Of a DNA stretch of 64,000 nt, positions 37,944 through 50,700 are shown one piece after another; positions within the stretch are counted from its first letter, which is position 1; every line of letters starts with the position of its first letter. Where the stretch lies: NCBI GenBank assembly GCA_905178155.1, contig CAJINV010000006.1, positions 1,489,876 through 1,553,875 of the forward strand, given 5' to 3'. The notes below the pieces were generated by a model. It was not told the DNA's origin and did no database searches. It was given only the letters and a program-made list of their open reading frames with translations. Source of the stretch: Amoebophrya sp. A120. Lineage: Eukaryota > Protista > Dinoflagellata. Made by a program: the position numbers and the translations under genes.

Positions 37944-39595
37944 AGTAGATCTGAAGGTCAACATACGTAAATGGAACGCTGCACGACCGCAGTGTTTATG
38001 AAACGCTGCACCGCAGGATGAAGAGGTTGGCAGGCGTGGTTCAGTTTTCACACATTTTATTTGACATCACAATTATTTCAGCAGTCATACTATACACAAG
38101 CATGAGTGTCGTGTTGTCGAACCACGACGCCTGACCGGCATTTATTCAAGTACAGAGTTGGAGATTTTTTTTATTCTTTTCGCAACATTTACAATTTTTT
38201 TTTTTTACAATTAGAAAGAAGAAAAACACAAGTAAGATCATCAACAACGGGGCCCAGAAGTACCTCGTGTAGAAGCGCAGAGCGTTGCAAAACGAGGTAC
38301 AACAGTAGGGTCTGACACAGAGACAGCAAGAGTTTTCAAGTTTTGTTCCTTTTCATTTTTATCCCTAAATCAATGGTTTACTTTCATAATTACAGCTTTA
38401 GCAAGTAGTACAGTAGAAAAACCCCGATTGTAACATGTTTGTGCCATCCCCGGCACTAAATTAAAACGCTCACCGGCACCAGCACGACAAAGATCCTCGA
38501 GCATTCGGATTTCATCGCAGTTTTCCCCCCTGCGAGTAGTTCCGAGCGCCATAAAATCGAACAGCGAAAACACAAGGTTTGAACTTGAAGCTTTTTTCGC
38601 AATAAAAATTCCGAAAAGAAGTATCTACGAGTTTGCTGCGTTGCTGCACCAATTTATGCCATTGCAGGACCAAAACTTTGGTCGTGTAGGTGTCGTTTAC
38701 GTGTTTCTCTTGTCCTTCCCGGCTCCTTGTACGTGGTCAAATTGAGAACCGGACTATCACGACGCACACCGGTTAGCTTATTTATTCTGCAGCGTAAAAT
38801 CATGTCCAAGACAAAGACTTCTGAGTCTCACTTCTAGTCGTCGATAACCCCGCCCGCTCCAGCTTCGTTATTTCTTGTTCCTCGTTCAATTAGCTACGCC
38901 TGGGCTTTTCAGTCTTTTGAGGCTCTCGTCATCGTACTTACTTCTAGTTCTGCCACAGGACAAATCTTCGCGTGCGAACATGTTGTGTTTTTGCCAGTCG
39001 TGATGGCACAGCTCGTCAGTAGAAGTAGTGCAGCAACAGGTCGCTATTTTAGTCGTGCATAGAAAATGTTGTCGTGTTTCGTTCAGGATCTTCATCTTTT
39101 TATCAAGATTTCGTATTCGTTCAGGAGGTTGTATTGAAAGGTCATCGTGCATAAAATGAATTTACGTCGTCGCCAGTCTAAACGTGAAGATTGTGAAGTT
39201 GCTGAACCAGCAAACTCCTGGCCCGCGTTGGTCGAGGATATGGAAAACATGGAAACACAGCATACCAAAAATTCTCATATAAACTATAAACTACACCCAG
39301 GTCTTGAAATACCACGCCTACATGCAGCAACAGCACCCAGTTTAAAATGATATTTTTCCGAGTTTCCACATCAAATTTTTATTTAGACGTGCAAGCTTTA
39401 GACGTGATTCTTCATACGAACAGAAGATTGTACTTGAAGCCCCTTGGTGGGCAGAAGGAAGACCTTGTAGTGGGTTGCTCGTAGTAGAAGTGGACTCAGA
39501 AGACCACATAGTGCCACCTCTAATACCTTGCTTTCTTTGTTTCCATGTGACGAACAAGAGGTACAACTAGACCGGAAAAATATTAAATCATTCTC

Positions 39596-42500
39596 ATGAA
39601 CAAGATGCCCCGTGGGGCAGGACCACCTGCTTTGAAAATGACGAAACATCCGAGAAATAACCCGGTCGCTGCGTCGGTCATTTTCGCAACTACGCTGTGT
39701 AACTTCTTGTACAGTTGTGACAACGCAGGAGTTCGGAAGACTGTGTCGATGCAAATCGGACCACGGGATCATAAGCGGAGCAAGGCGGGGCTTCAGGAGC
39801 AGCAGCACCCTGTGCGAAAAAATAGAAAAAGCAGCTTTCTGCGAAGTAGAAGTACTTCTACCAAAGAAGCGCCAGCAGAACGAGTTCTTGTTGATTCGGA
39901 AAATAGATCTGGTGAGAGCCTCGTAAGGAAGCAAAGCTTGCTCACCCGGGCAGGAAGGGGAACCAAGATGAGTGAAAATTGCAGCAGCAGCCCACGACGT
40001 ACTTCTACTAAAGGGGACCAGGAGCACGGAGGGCAACGTCAAACGCAGAGTACAACTACAAGTACAAGCGGCCTGCGAAATAATAAAATGGCCAAACCTA
40101 GTTCCTTCCTAGCGGGGGCCGCGGCTTCTCAGTCATCAAGGTCGAAGATGCAGGATGAAGATGCAGGACATGAATTTCAAGATAGACAACAAGCGCAAAG
40201 CCAAAACCAGCAACATCTTCACCCTTTCTGGTCTAAACAGAACTTGCAGTCTTTTTCCGCCACGGACCTGGACAAAGTCGAGCAAAAGTTGCGCCTTCTG
40301 CGCAAAAAAACAGATGTTATCGTCGCCGATTGTTGGCAAAATCCGAACGCGTTTCCGGAGGAAGCGAGAGGTTTCATCGGACATCTCGGGAGGTGTGAGG
40401 AGTTTTATTCTGCAGGAGGTGATGGTGAACAAATATCAACCAGTGGCAATTTGGGTCCTAGCAGCAGTAGTCCTTGTCAGCCTCTGGGACGGTTGAATGT
40501 GAATAGCAATTTGCTTGCACGACGAGGACCAGTAGATGATCATGGGACAAACAAGACAGACGAAGTCGAGGGCCATGCTGGGACGCCAAACGCAACATCG
40601 GTATCAACAGCTGACGAAAGCGGAGCTGTTGAAAGTACAACAGGAAGAGCGTTTTTGACTTTATCTGTATCGACTACATCAAACACGACCACGACCACCT
40701 TCAGCTCGGCGTGGGTCTTCGTGGATATTGACCAAACTGCTCCCGTTTATGGCGACTACAGCAAGTCTGGTGTGTTACTAGAAGAAGACGCAGCATCGAT
40801 CCAAGGCCACGACGCGGCTCTGTTAAAAAGCCAGGACATTGGCTTCGAGCAGTGTGTTTCTACCATGATAGGGAAATTATTCGTGGAAGAATTGGCGCCG
40901 AGAGACCTTGAAACGGGAGAAATTGTTGGGACAAGAAAGGAAATAAACCAAGCCGACGCCGAGCAAGAAGGAAAATTCCTCGGCATGTCCGACTCGCAAG
41001 AACGAAAATTCTTCGGCATTTCCGACTCGCTGCGCGACCGCAATGTTGGGTCTCAAATGCACAACTACATCCAATACGCCAATTTCGCCTTGGAAAGCAC
41101 TGGGAGACAGACCCAGTGGCCGCACGTGCACGCAGGAGTCGTGGAGGTAAAAACAAATGCGCAGCATGGACTGCAAAACGACGCTTCATCTGCAACTGCA
41201 ACCTTAACCGACGACCAGGCTACTTCCACTGCCGAAACGGCACGACCAGCACCTTCTTGGGAAAACAACAACCTCTACCACGAGAAGAACCATGTGGATG
41301 CGAGAAACTCGCCCTGGTACGTGAAAACGGTGTATCAACTGTAAAAATGTCTGGGTCTGGAAGAATCCAACTTGTCATGCTGATTTTGGATTCAAAAAAA
41401 ATCTGTATTGCATGAGCAGCAAAGAGAGTTCAAGTTTTGGTACACGGAAAGAGCATTTGTCATGAGGTATAGGCATCAGGAAGCCCTCACAAAATCTGTG
41501 TTGCTAGGGCATGCATCACAGACATCAGGAGTCATGCAAAATGTGCATGACAAACCTGGCAATATTCCAGACCCAGACATTTTTACATTTGATACGGTGA
41601 CCCGCGTGCCGAAAAACGTGGTCATCGCGATCGACCGCTCTGCTATCAAATGCACATATGTCTGGGTCGGAAATTTCTAAACTTGTGATGCTGTGTCTGG
41701 ATTCAAAAAATTTTTGTATTGCATGACCAGCCAGAGGACTCAAGTTTGTTCTACACGGAGAGGGCATTTCTCATGCGGAATAGGCATTAGGAAGCCCTCT
41801 AAAAATCTGTGATGCTAGGGCATGCATTACAGACATCATGGGTCATGCAAAATATGCGTGACAAACCTGGCAATCTTCCAGACCCAGACATATTTGCAAT
41901 CCATATCTGCTTCCATGAACGCGGTCACCGTGACGGGCGGGCGGCACCAGACCAAGCGGCCGGACCGGTGGCAGCCGGCGATGCGGGGGGTAAAAGCGGT
42001 TCTTGATTCGCTCTCGGACAACGACAGATTTAACGTCTTCACGTTCAACCACGAGTTGTCCATCAGCTCCTACGAGTTGGTGAAAGCGACAAAAAGTAAC
42101 AAAGAACGGGTGAACAAATGGCTGGACCAGTTACACCCTACTGGCGCCACCATGACGGGGTCCGCCGTGGCCGCAGCTCTCGCGATCGGCTCTACTGGGA
42201 CGCTGCCCGCGCGGGCCCGGCAGATCATCGACAAGAACTTGCAGCCGCAGCAGCCCGTGCCAAGCAAAGAGTGCTTCGAAATGAGCGACTTCTGCTCCAC
42301 CCAGATTCTGCTCATCACCGACGCAACGGAGAAGGGAACGTATAGTGAAGAAGCAGTACAAGAGATGAAAACTTGGTTCCCGCCAAGCCAGGGAACGACC
42401 TTGAACAGCTATTTAATCGCCCCGGAGCATGTATGAGAGTGCACAACCCCCCCTCTCCCTCATTTGTATAGCATGAACGGCAATACAAGCGTCAGCAAGA

Positions 42501-45500
42501 ATGCCGGTTTTGCATGACAAATTTGCCCAGGAGTGTAGTACTGTTTGGGCTTCATCCGGAGTTTGTCATGCGAGCAATGCCAAGAGGGACAGCCTGGGTT
42601 TGGTATTTCGCATGACAAATGAGGGGAAGGGGGAGTTGTGCAGTGTCATAGCATGGGGACCATTTCACCGCTTTTGATTTTTTCGAAAAGCTCTCCAACG
42701 CGCACAACGGAGAAGCGGTCCACCTCTACTCGGACAAAGAGGGCCACATTGAAGAAACCATCAGCCGGTATTGGCGCCAGTTCGCCGAGCAGAGTGATGA
42801 AGCGGAGAAGGATAGAGTGGTGTGGACCCGACACTACGATTTGTTAACCAAACAAGAAAGGCTCACCGCCTGCATGCTCGTGATGCAGGGACTGGTGGGC
42901 GAGGGAGAGGGCGGAGAGCTGCAACGACAGCCAACGGCTGCAGGTGCGGCAGGATCGGGCGTTGGGCCGCACGAGCAAGTTTTTTCATCCAGCAAACACA
43001 CCCCCGGCGGCGACAACCGACTGGGAGTCCTCTGTGTGGATGCTTCGACAGTGTTAAAGCGCTCCTTTTTCGAGCAAATTCGGTGTCAGCCGTATTTTCA
43101 CACGGAGTTACAGTCGCGGAGACCTATTCCGGACTACTGCCCCGCGAGGGAAGAAAGACAAAGCCGGTGCGACAAGTCGGCCTGGGAAAGCATGCAACCG
43201 AATGCAAAAATCAACAAGTGGCTGAGTAACGAAGTTTTAGAACTCGTTGGGACCGACACCGCCAGTTTTATCGGCGAAGCGATTGAGCGGAACGGGAAGG
43301 GGATCCCGGACTTATCAAGTGAAAATATGTCTGAGTCTGGAAGGTTGCAACTTGTCAACATGCTATGTCTCGAGCACAAAAAACTGTGTATTGCATGAAG
43401 GCCAAAAGTTGCCCAATGCCAATTCTTGCTATAAGCAAAAGGCGGATTTCTCATGCGGAATAGCCATGAGGAAGGTCTCGCAAAATCTGTGATGCTTTTG
43501 TGTGCATTCCAGATTATGTGCGTAGTCCACGAGATGCATCACAAATTTCGAAATCTTCCAAACCCAGACATGTTTGCAATGCATAGGACTACCAGTTGCA
43601 CAATTTACCAGGGTCGTTACCGACGGTGGAGGAGGAGGAATTGATAAGAAAACGGCAGGAGGAATTGGACCGGGAGCTGGCGGAGAAAATTAGGAGTGGA
43701 CAACATCTTCAAACGACGTTTGAACAAAACGCGGAAAATCAAAATCTCGGCTTTGACCAAATCCAGTGGAACGATTTATCCGTGTTAGAAATCGGGTGCG
43801 CGAAACCTACGACGACTACTACCACGACAACAACCACAACCACAACTACCACGACAACAGTTGTTCTTACCACGACCACGACGACAAGCACCACTACTTC
43901 AACGGTGACTACTAGCACAGTCGTTTCAACCACCACTAGTACAATAACGTCTACCACCACATCAACCACTACCCAGAACACGACGGTAAACGCCACGGCC
44001 CTGAATCTTGGCGCCCCGCCTAGTACACCCGGCGACAATGATATGAACTGCAAAAGTATCCGTATCGTACTCGTATAAATGCATGACAAATTTTCTCAGC
44101 ATGAGAAATAAAATTTGTAATGCGGATTTACCTTAAGAAAGAGCTTTGTTATGCATGATTGCAATTTCTACGAGTACGATACTTTTGCACAGGATCAACG
44201 ACCCTTTCAACCTACTAGGCCTGCCCTTCTGGGTTGCGATTCTGGCGATCTCCCTGTGCTGCGTTGTGACGACACTGTGTGTCGTGTTGATCATTTGCTG
44301 CTGCTGCGGGTCGAATGAGGCACGGTATGTGTTGCTCGGGGCGGAAGATTCATCTGCACAGGACAACAACGATACACGTCGTGAACAAAATCAAAACGTG
44401 ATCGGTTTTGCGAAGCCCCGGCAGTTATGAAATGCAAACATGTCAGGGTCTGGAAGATTGGAAGACTTCCTTGTCATGCAGGCTTTCCATAATCCATGTC
44501 GTCTGGAATGCAGGACCTAGCATGACAGATTCTGCGAGATCCGTGTCATGCCCATCCTGCATGAGAAATTTCCTCTCCACTTGGTCCAACGTTTTCAGCT
44601 TTTGGCATTCACGCAACACAGATTTTTGCACCACGATCCAGAATTAGCATTTCAAGTTGCAACCTTCCAGACCCAGACATATTTGCGATGCATAGCAGTT
44701 GAGTCAAGTAGTCACTTCGCAGGAAGTAGAAGACCAGCTGGCTTTGATCAAGGATGCTCTGGAGAATAGACAGGATCGTGCTGGCAACAATGGAACGACA
44801 CAGGATGATCCCGATGTACTACTTCCTGACGTAGCAACAGCTCTTCCACCGGCCGATGCTGATAATGATCCAAGTAATGCACTAGAAAATCAAGAAAGGG
44901 CGCCGTCCACGTTTCTCAACTATCAACTGTAAAAATGTCTGGGTCTGGAAGAATGCATGTTTGTCATGCTTGTCTGGCATGACTCTTAAATCTGTCATGC
45001 ACATTGCCCAAGAGACGTTTTTTTCTGTCATGCGGAGACGCAGTTTGTCATGCAGAATAGGCAACACCTACAAGCTCAGAAATTTGTCATGCTGAGCCAG
45101 CACTTGTGGCCTCCTTATGCTACGCCACTCAGCATCACAAGTTTCCAGACCCAGACATTTTTACATTTGATATCAACGTCGGGACCGCAAGAACTTCGTC
45201 GCCAGGGGGCGAATACCCTGTGCAAAAGTATCGTACTCGTATTGCAAGCATGCATTACAAATTCTTTTGTTGAGGTCAAAACGCATTACAAATTTTGTTT
45301 CTCATGCTGAGGAAATTTGTAATGCATTTATACGAGTGCGATACTTTTGCAGTTCATAGCGAAGTGCTGACCACACCTCCAGCAGGCGCAGTGATACCCC
45401 CGCCAGGCAATTCCGGGTCGACCGACGAGGGCGTCAACATGCGCGACTACGATGTCCAGCTGACCTCCGAAGAGATAGCCGCAGACACCGAGGGCAGTCC

Positions 45501-46473
45501 GCAGGGAGCAGTGGTTCATCATGGAGATAATTCAGAAGCGACGCATTTCTTTGTTCCGGTGCCAGCGGAAATGTTGCTAGGAGAAGCTGGTGCAGCTGCG
45601 CAGCAGGGGGAACAGCAAGAGCTGCAAGGTGAAGCTTCTACTTCAAGGCCCGCGACAGCAAGCCAAGTTCTGTTCACTGGATTCGGTCTCTCGCAGACAG
45701 GACAGGCTGCGGCAACGGGTGGGGTTTTTGGAGGTGACAACTCCGAGAACACTCCTGAAGATCATGAAAATGAAATCGCGGGCAACAACAGAAGCGCCGG
45801 CCAAGAGGACCTACACGACGAAAACGACCCGAATAACCTGCCACGGGGACGAACAGGCGGGCCGATCGTGGCTGCCGCTCGGAGTAGAAAGAGCAAGAAA
45901 AACAGACCCTCCAAAACCTTCGCGGACGTGGACGAGCAACGAAGAAATAATGCTTCCGACCGCTCCCGGTCGAGCAAAAGGTCCTCTAGTAGGAAATTAT
46001 CCAGTAGGAGATCCAGTAGAAGGCCAAGTAGGAAATCCACCCCGACCCTTCCAAGTAGGATGTCCGGACGGGAATCGAACCTGGCGAATCGGCCATCCAC
46101 AGTGATTGGGTCGTTTTTCCCTCCGGGAGAAGGGGTTCCGCCCCCGGAGAGGGGGCGAGGTGGAGCAGGGAAGAAGAAAAAGCTTTCCAAACAAGGCTCG
46201 GTTGCAGCGATGGTACTGCGGAAATCTTCTAGAAGTCTGAGTCAAAGGCAAAGTCGTGTGTCTTCCTCGTTGCAAGTGAAGCCGCCTGTTGCAGGAGCCG
46301 AAGATGCGCCTGTTCACCCTCGTCAGCAGAGTCGACCGCAAGAAGAACCTCCGCGAAAAAGTTCTGGCACGAAAAATATTCGCAGCAGTAGTCGGGCAAG
46401 CAGTCGCTCCAGCAGTCGGGCAAGCAGTCGACCAAGCCAACAGCGATTGCGGAAGAAGAAGTCGAAATTGTGA
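39596..46473 (+). CDS. alpha2delta/CACHD1-like VWA-domain type I membrane protein with Thr-rich stalk and long tail, ~1666 aa
   Basis: Exons 39596-41332, 41600-41643, 41911-42431, 42656-43312, 43591-44041, 44202-44425, 44700-44920, 45178-45213, 45364-46473 (5001 nt). DARNSPWY..PKNVVIAIDRSASM (MIDAS DxSxS), LDSLSDNDRFNVFTFN, ILLITDA; Cache-like VVWTRHY..LGVLCVD; TM followed by CCCC. Confidence 0.85.
41333..41594. mobile_element. Introner, family A
   Basis: TIR; DR CGGTG/CGGTG. Confidence 0.93.
41644..41905. mobile_element. Introner, family A, inside the MIDAS motif
   Basis: TIR; DR TCTGC/TCTGC; restores DRSAS. Confidence 0.93.
42432..42650. mobile_element. Introner, family C
   Basis: TIR; DR GCATG/GCATG. 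Confidence 0.92.
43313..43585. mobile_element. Introner, family A
   Basis: TIR; DR GGACT/GGACT. Confidence 0.92.
43807..43985 (+). repeat. Poly-Thr, mucin-like coding repeat
   Basis: Run of ACN codons shortly upstream of the TM segment. Confidence 0.85.
44042..44196. mobile_element. Introner, family B (3' end ATC)
   Basis: TIR; DR AATGA/AACGA. Confidence 0.88.
44426..44694. mobile_element. Introner, family A
   Basis: TIR; DR GCAGT/GCAGT. Confidence 0.92.
44921..45172. mobile_element. Introner, family A
   Basis: TIR; DR TCAAC/TCAAC. Confidence 0.92.
45214..45358. mobile_element. Introner, family B
   Basis: TIR; DR GCGAA/GCGAA. Confidence 0.92.
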
Positions 46474-47779
46474 AGAAGATAGAAGTTTTGATTGACTACA
46501 GTTGCGTCGCGGATAAGACGAAGGCTAATGCTGCCAAGGCTGAAGCGTAACATTATCATCTGCTGTAGAACTTTTCCATGCTTGTGTGTCTCACTCGCAA
46601 GCGTAACAGATATTACACCCATTCCATCTTTATTCAAGCCTTGTAGTTTTGCAGCATTCCAAGTGCGTGCGCGCTTGTGCAAGCGCCTCATGCGATAATG
46701 AATTTTTCGGTTTCAACGGTTTTCAAAAGTACCAAGAGCAATAATCCTATAGAAGATATTTTTGGTTCATCGTATTTGTGCAACCTGCAAATAAAAAACT
46801 CGTTTCATCTAGCAGTTCTATCCACCTCCAACATGATCGACTTTGTTCTACTCCCCATTATACGAGCAGTTCGGGCTGTTCTAGGATGCCCACGTCTACT
46901 CTTGATATGTTCTCCGGTGACATGACCCCCAAATTTTTCCCTGAACAGCCAGATTTTCTCCCTTTGATTTGCAAAACAGCCCAGAAGGCAGCGAGTACCA
47001 AAGTGTCGCTGCTTGTCGTCCTAGCTGCTTCGTAACTGAGCGAGGTTTTGTTCCTTGTTTTGTCCGTCTTCTGAAGAACGTGTCGTCTATTTCGTTGGTG
47101 ATTTTTCAATACCAACAGAGATTAAATCGGTCCAGAAAGTACGTAGCTTTTTCATGGGAACAAGGGCGCGAGGACCTTTCTCTCTCTCCTTGCTGCGCCG
47201 CCGTCGTTGCATTTATCCTTTACCAGGAAGAAGTGCCGTGTCGGTATTTCAATTCGTTCGTACACGCAACATTGTGCATGTCGTTCTGCCCCCCTTGATT
47301 TGCCAATGTCGGTTGTTTGCAGTCTTTGTCGTTGGTTCTCGTCTGCTACTTGGCATTGTCCTCGTCGTTGCTTTCGTACAAAGTATCGTGCAAGAAAAGT
47401 TTTCGTCATTCTTGTTCTTCTCGTTCAAACGTTCGACGGAAAATTTTCGTTTTGTGTGAAATACATTTCGCTATTTCCCTTGTTTTCCATGCAATTCCAG
47501 TGACCTTTATTCCCCTGACATAGTTCGAAGTATTACCCAAAGCTTTGAACTCAAGGTCACGCCATTACTTGGAATTATTTTCGTACACACTTAGAAAGAG
47601 GTGAACAAACTGTAGTACATCATGAACAAGACGCCAAAAAATCTGTTTCTAGAAGGGGACCCCCACGTTAACCACCGCACGAATAACGATAAACCCGATG
47701 AGAAATAAGGCACTTAATATACTCTACGATTTTTAGAAAGTCAGAAGAAGATTTTCCCAATAAACCCCCGCGGAGAAAC

Positions 47780-50700
47780 ATGAGCAGGCGACATCTTTCG
47801 CTTTCTTCAATCGCACTGTTTGTGCTTTATTACCCGGCGCACGTTATTCAGTCCGCCGGCGCCTTCGAGTTTCTCCGCGTGTTAAACACAGAAAAGAACC
47901 AAGCGAAAGGTGGATCACTATCTGGTACAGCGAGGAAGGAGAAGCTTCTGGCGTCGAAGGTAATAGTACAGTCGCAAAAACAGCAAGCAGGGAAACAAGG
48001 AACCAATCCAGGAGCGACAGAGGTCGCTGTGGATTCCTTAAAGGAAGGAGAACAAGTTTTGTCCAGCAGCACAAATGCAGCTGCGGATAACCAGGGAGTT
48101 GTATTGCAAGAACCCAACAACGACGAGGATGTTGAATCCGCCCTCCTGCAGGCGGGAGAACTATCTCAAGAACCTTACGGAATTAGTACAACAACTTCTA
48201 GCAGGATTTCTCTTGCCAGAGGTGCAGCAACGAGACAAGCCGGAGCGGTTTTGCAGCCACAGCCCGCGCTGCTTACGAGTAACAAGAATCGCATCAGTCT
48301 CTCGAAAAATTACACGATGTACGTGGAGGAAGACGAAAAGCTGCTTGATAATGCAGAACTGACGAGTCGAGCCAGCGAAGCATTCGTCGACGAGTTGAGA
48401 ACGTCGGTCATTCAGGAACAAGACAAACAACGGCTTTACAATTCGGAGGTAGAACAACGAGGGAGCAAACGACGATATCATGACTCGTCTGCGAGGACAT
48501 CTGGATCTACTCGACGGGAGTTCAAATCAACCAACGATTTACTGTACCACGATCCAGCCATGGCGATTTATGACGCAATTCTGCCACCAGCTTCAAGCTC
48601 AACCGGAAATGGGGCCCCTACTTCGTCCGAAGACGAACGCCGCGATCATTCCAGGGAAATCGGAGAGGAGGATATCATCGACACAACGACCGAAGTTGGA
48701 GAGGACGAAGAGGACCTAGAAGCCCCAGCAGCTACCCCGACTTCCGCTTTTCTCTTTCTGCAAGAACTTTCGCAAATGAGTACAACGACTACACGTGTAA
48801 AACACCAAAAGCTGTCCACGTCCACCCAAACTAAAGGCCAAGGCACCGCCGATACCTTGTGTTTCGTCTCCCTGATCCTCTGTTTGATCGGCGGCGCCGG
48901 GCTGGTGATTCTCACTTTCGTTTGCTGTCTCTCCGCCCCCGACCCCAGTCAGGAACTTTTGGAAAAACGGCTCGCGGAGGTGAATACGAATTTAGACAAC
49001 GCGGTCAACGCGGAGAGAAAAAGAAAGCAAGACATTCTAAACGCGGCGACAGTTGACGTAACCGAAGAGGGACAACTAGACCGGCTGGAAATGGAGCAGA
49101 AGATGGAGGAAATTAAGATGAAATTGATGGAAAAGGAAAAACTCGCAGTCCTAGCGGGGCATAAAGACGATTTCTCTATCCAGGACGACGAGGAATTCTT
49201 AACGTTACCACCCGAGGAGCTATCAAGTGCAAATATGTCTGGGTGGTCTGGAAGAATGCGCGACTTGCCATGCAGCTTTTCCATGACCCATGAGGTCTGG
49301 AATGTAGGACCTAGCATGACAGATTCTGCGTGATGATCTCTATCACGCCTCCCGTGCATGAGAAACTCCGTCTCGACTTGGGCTAAACTGGACGACTTTT
49401 GGTAATCATGCAACACAGATTTTTGCATGATTCAGATTTAGCATGACAAGTTGCATTCTTCCAGACCCAGACATATTTGCAACGCATAGGAGCAGGAGAA
49501 ACTCAATACCGCGATCAAATTTGCGAAACTGGGGATCAAGGAAGATGTCGACGGGATCTACTCCAATACTTCGGGTAAGAGCTCTCTTGCGGGGGCTTCC
49601 GCCTCGGAACCCGACGATGATAAGTCACACATCACCGGCACGACAACCGAGGAAGATATGACACCAGTAGGTAGTGAGAAGTCGGGAACAACATCAAAGG
49701 AGAGTTCTTTCAACTCCGAAATCTCCGAAGCGGATTACGAACAGTTCGAAATTAATATGCCTTGCAAATATCCCTGGATGTCTGGAAAAATGCAAGCTTG
49801 TGATGCGCATTTCACAACACAAAAAAACCTCTCATGCATAGACAGCAAAAGTTGCCCACTTTCTGTCACCAAAATGGGGCATTAGTCATGGGGATTCGGC
49901 ATTGCGGAAGCTTTTCGAAATCTGTGATGCTAGAGCTTCCATTCTAGACCTTCTGTGTCATGCAAAAGCAGCATGACTCTTCCAGACGGAGACATATTTG
50001 CATTTGATAATCAAGAAGGTGCAGCAGCTGAAAAAAGCGAGTACCAGATCTGGCCTCGGTCTCGGTCTCATTTCCGATACCGATGGTAACATAACCCCCG
50101 CGGAGTTGAGCTCGTTATCCGACGGCGACAAAACCCCGCACGGATCGATCAATATGCAAAGAAAAAAGTGTTACAGTTACGCATTGTGTTGCAAGAGGAG
50201 CAAGACAGACGATTTCTGTCATGCGCAAAATGCTTGCGAGACTCGTTTCGTGTGTGTTTTGCGACGTTAGGATCTCTGCATTACAAGTTTATTTCTCCGT
50301 CATGCGAGGCAAGTTTGTGATGCTGAATTCGCTACAAATGTGTAACTGTAACTCTTTTTTCCTTGGATAATCAAGAAGCACCACCTACTCTCCGCTGCCG
50401 CGAAAAGGAAGATCCGGGCTATGGGAAGATTAGAAGTCGGGTATCAAAAGGAAACATGACCCCTCCCCATATCGAAAACGAAATTTGTGATGCTGATTTG
50501 AGTACACAAATCGACTTGCATTGCTAGAAGGCCAAGCGACGCAGTTTTGGCCTGAATTGCAGGCATATATTGTCATGCTGTTTCCCACTTGTCTAGTTGC
50601 CTCCTGTCATGCTGAAGATGTAAGGCGTTCTCACGCACCCCAGCACTACAGTGTCTACATCTTTTGCCCTCTAGCATGACCAAGCTGATTTGTGGCCCCA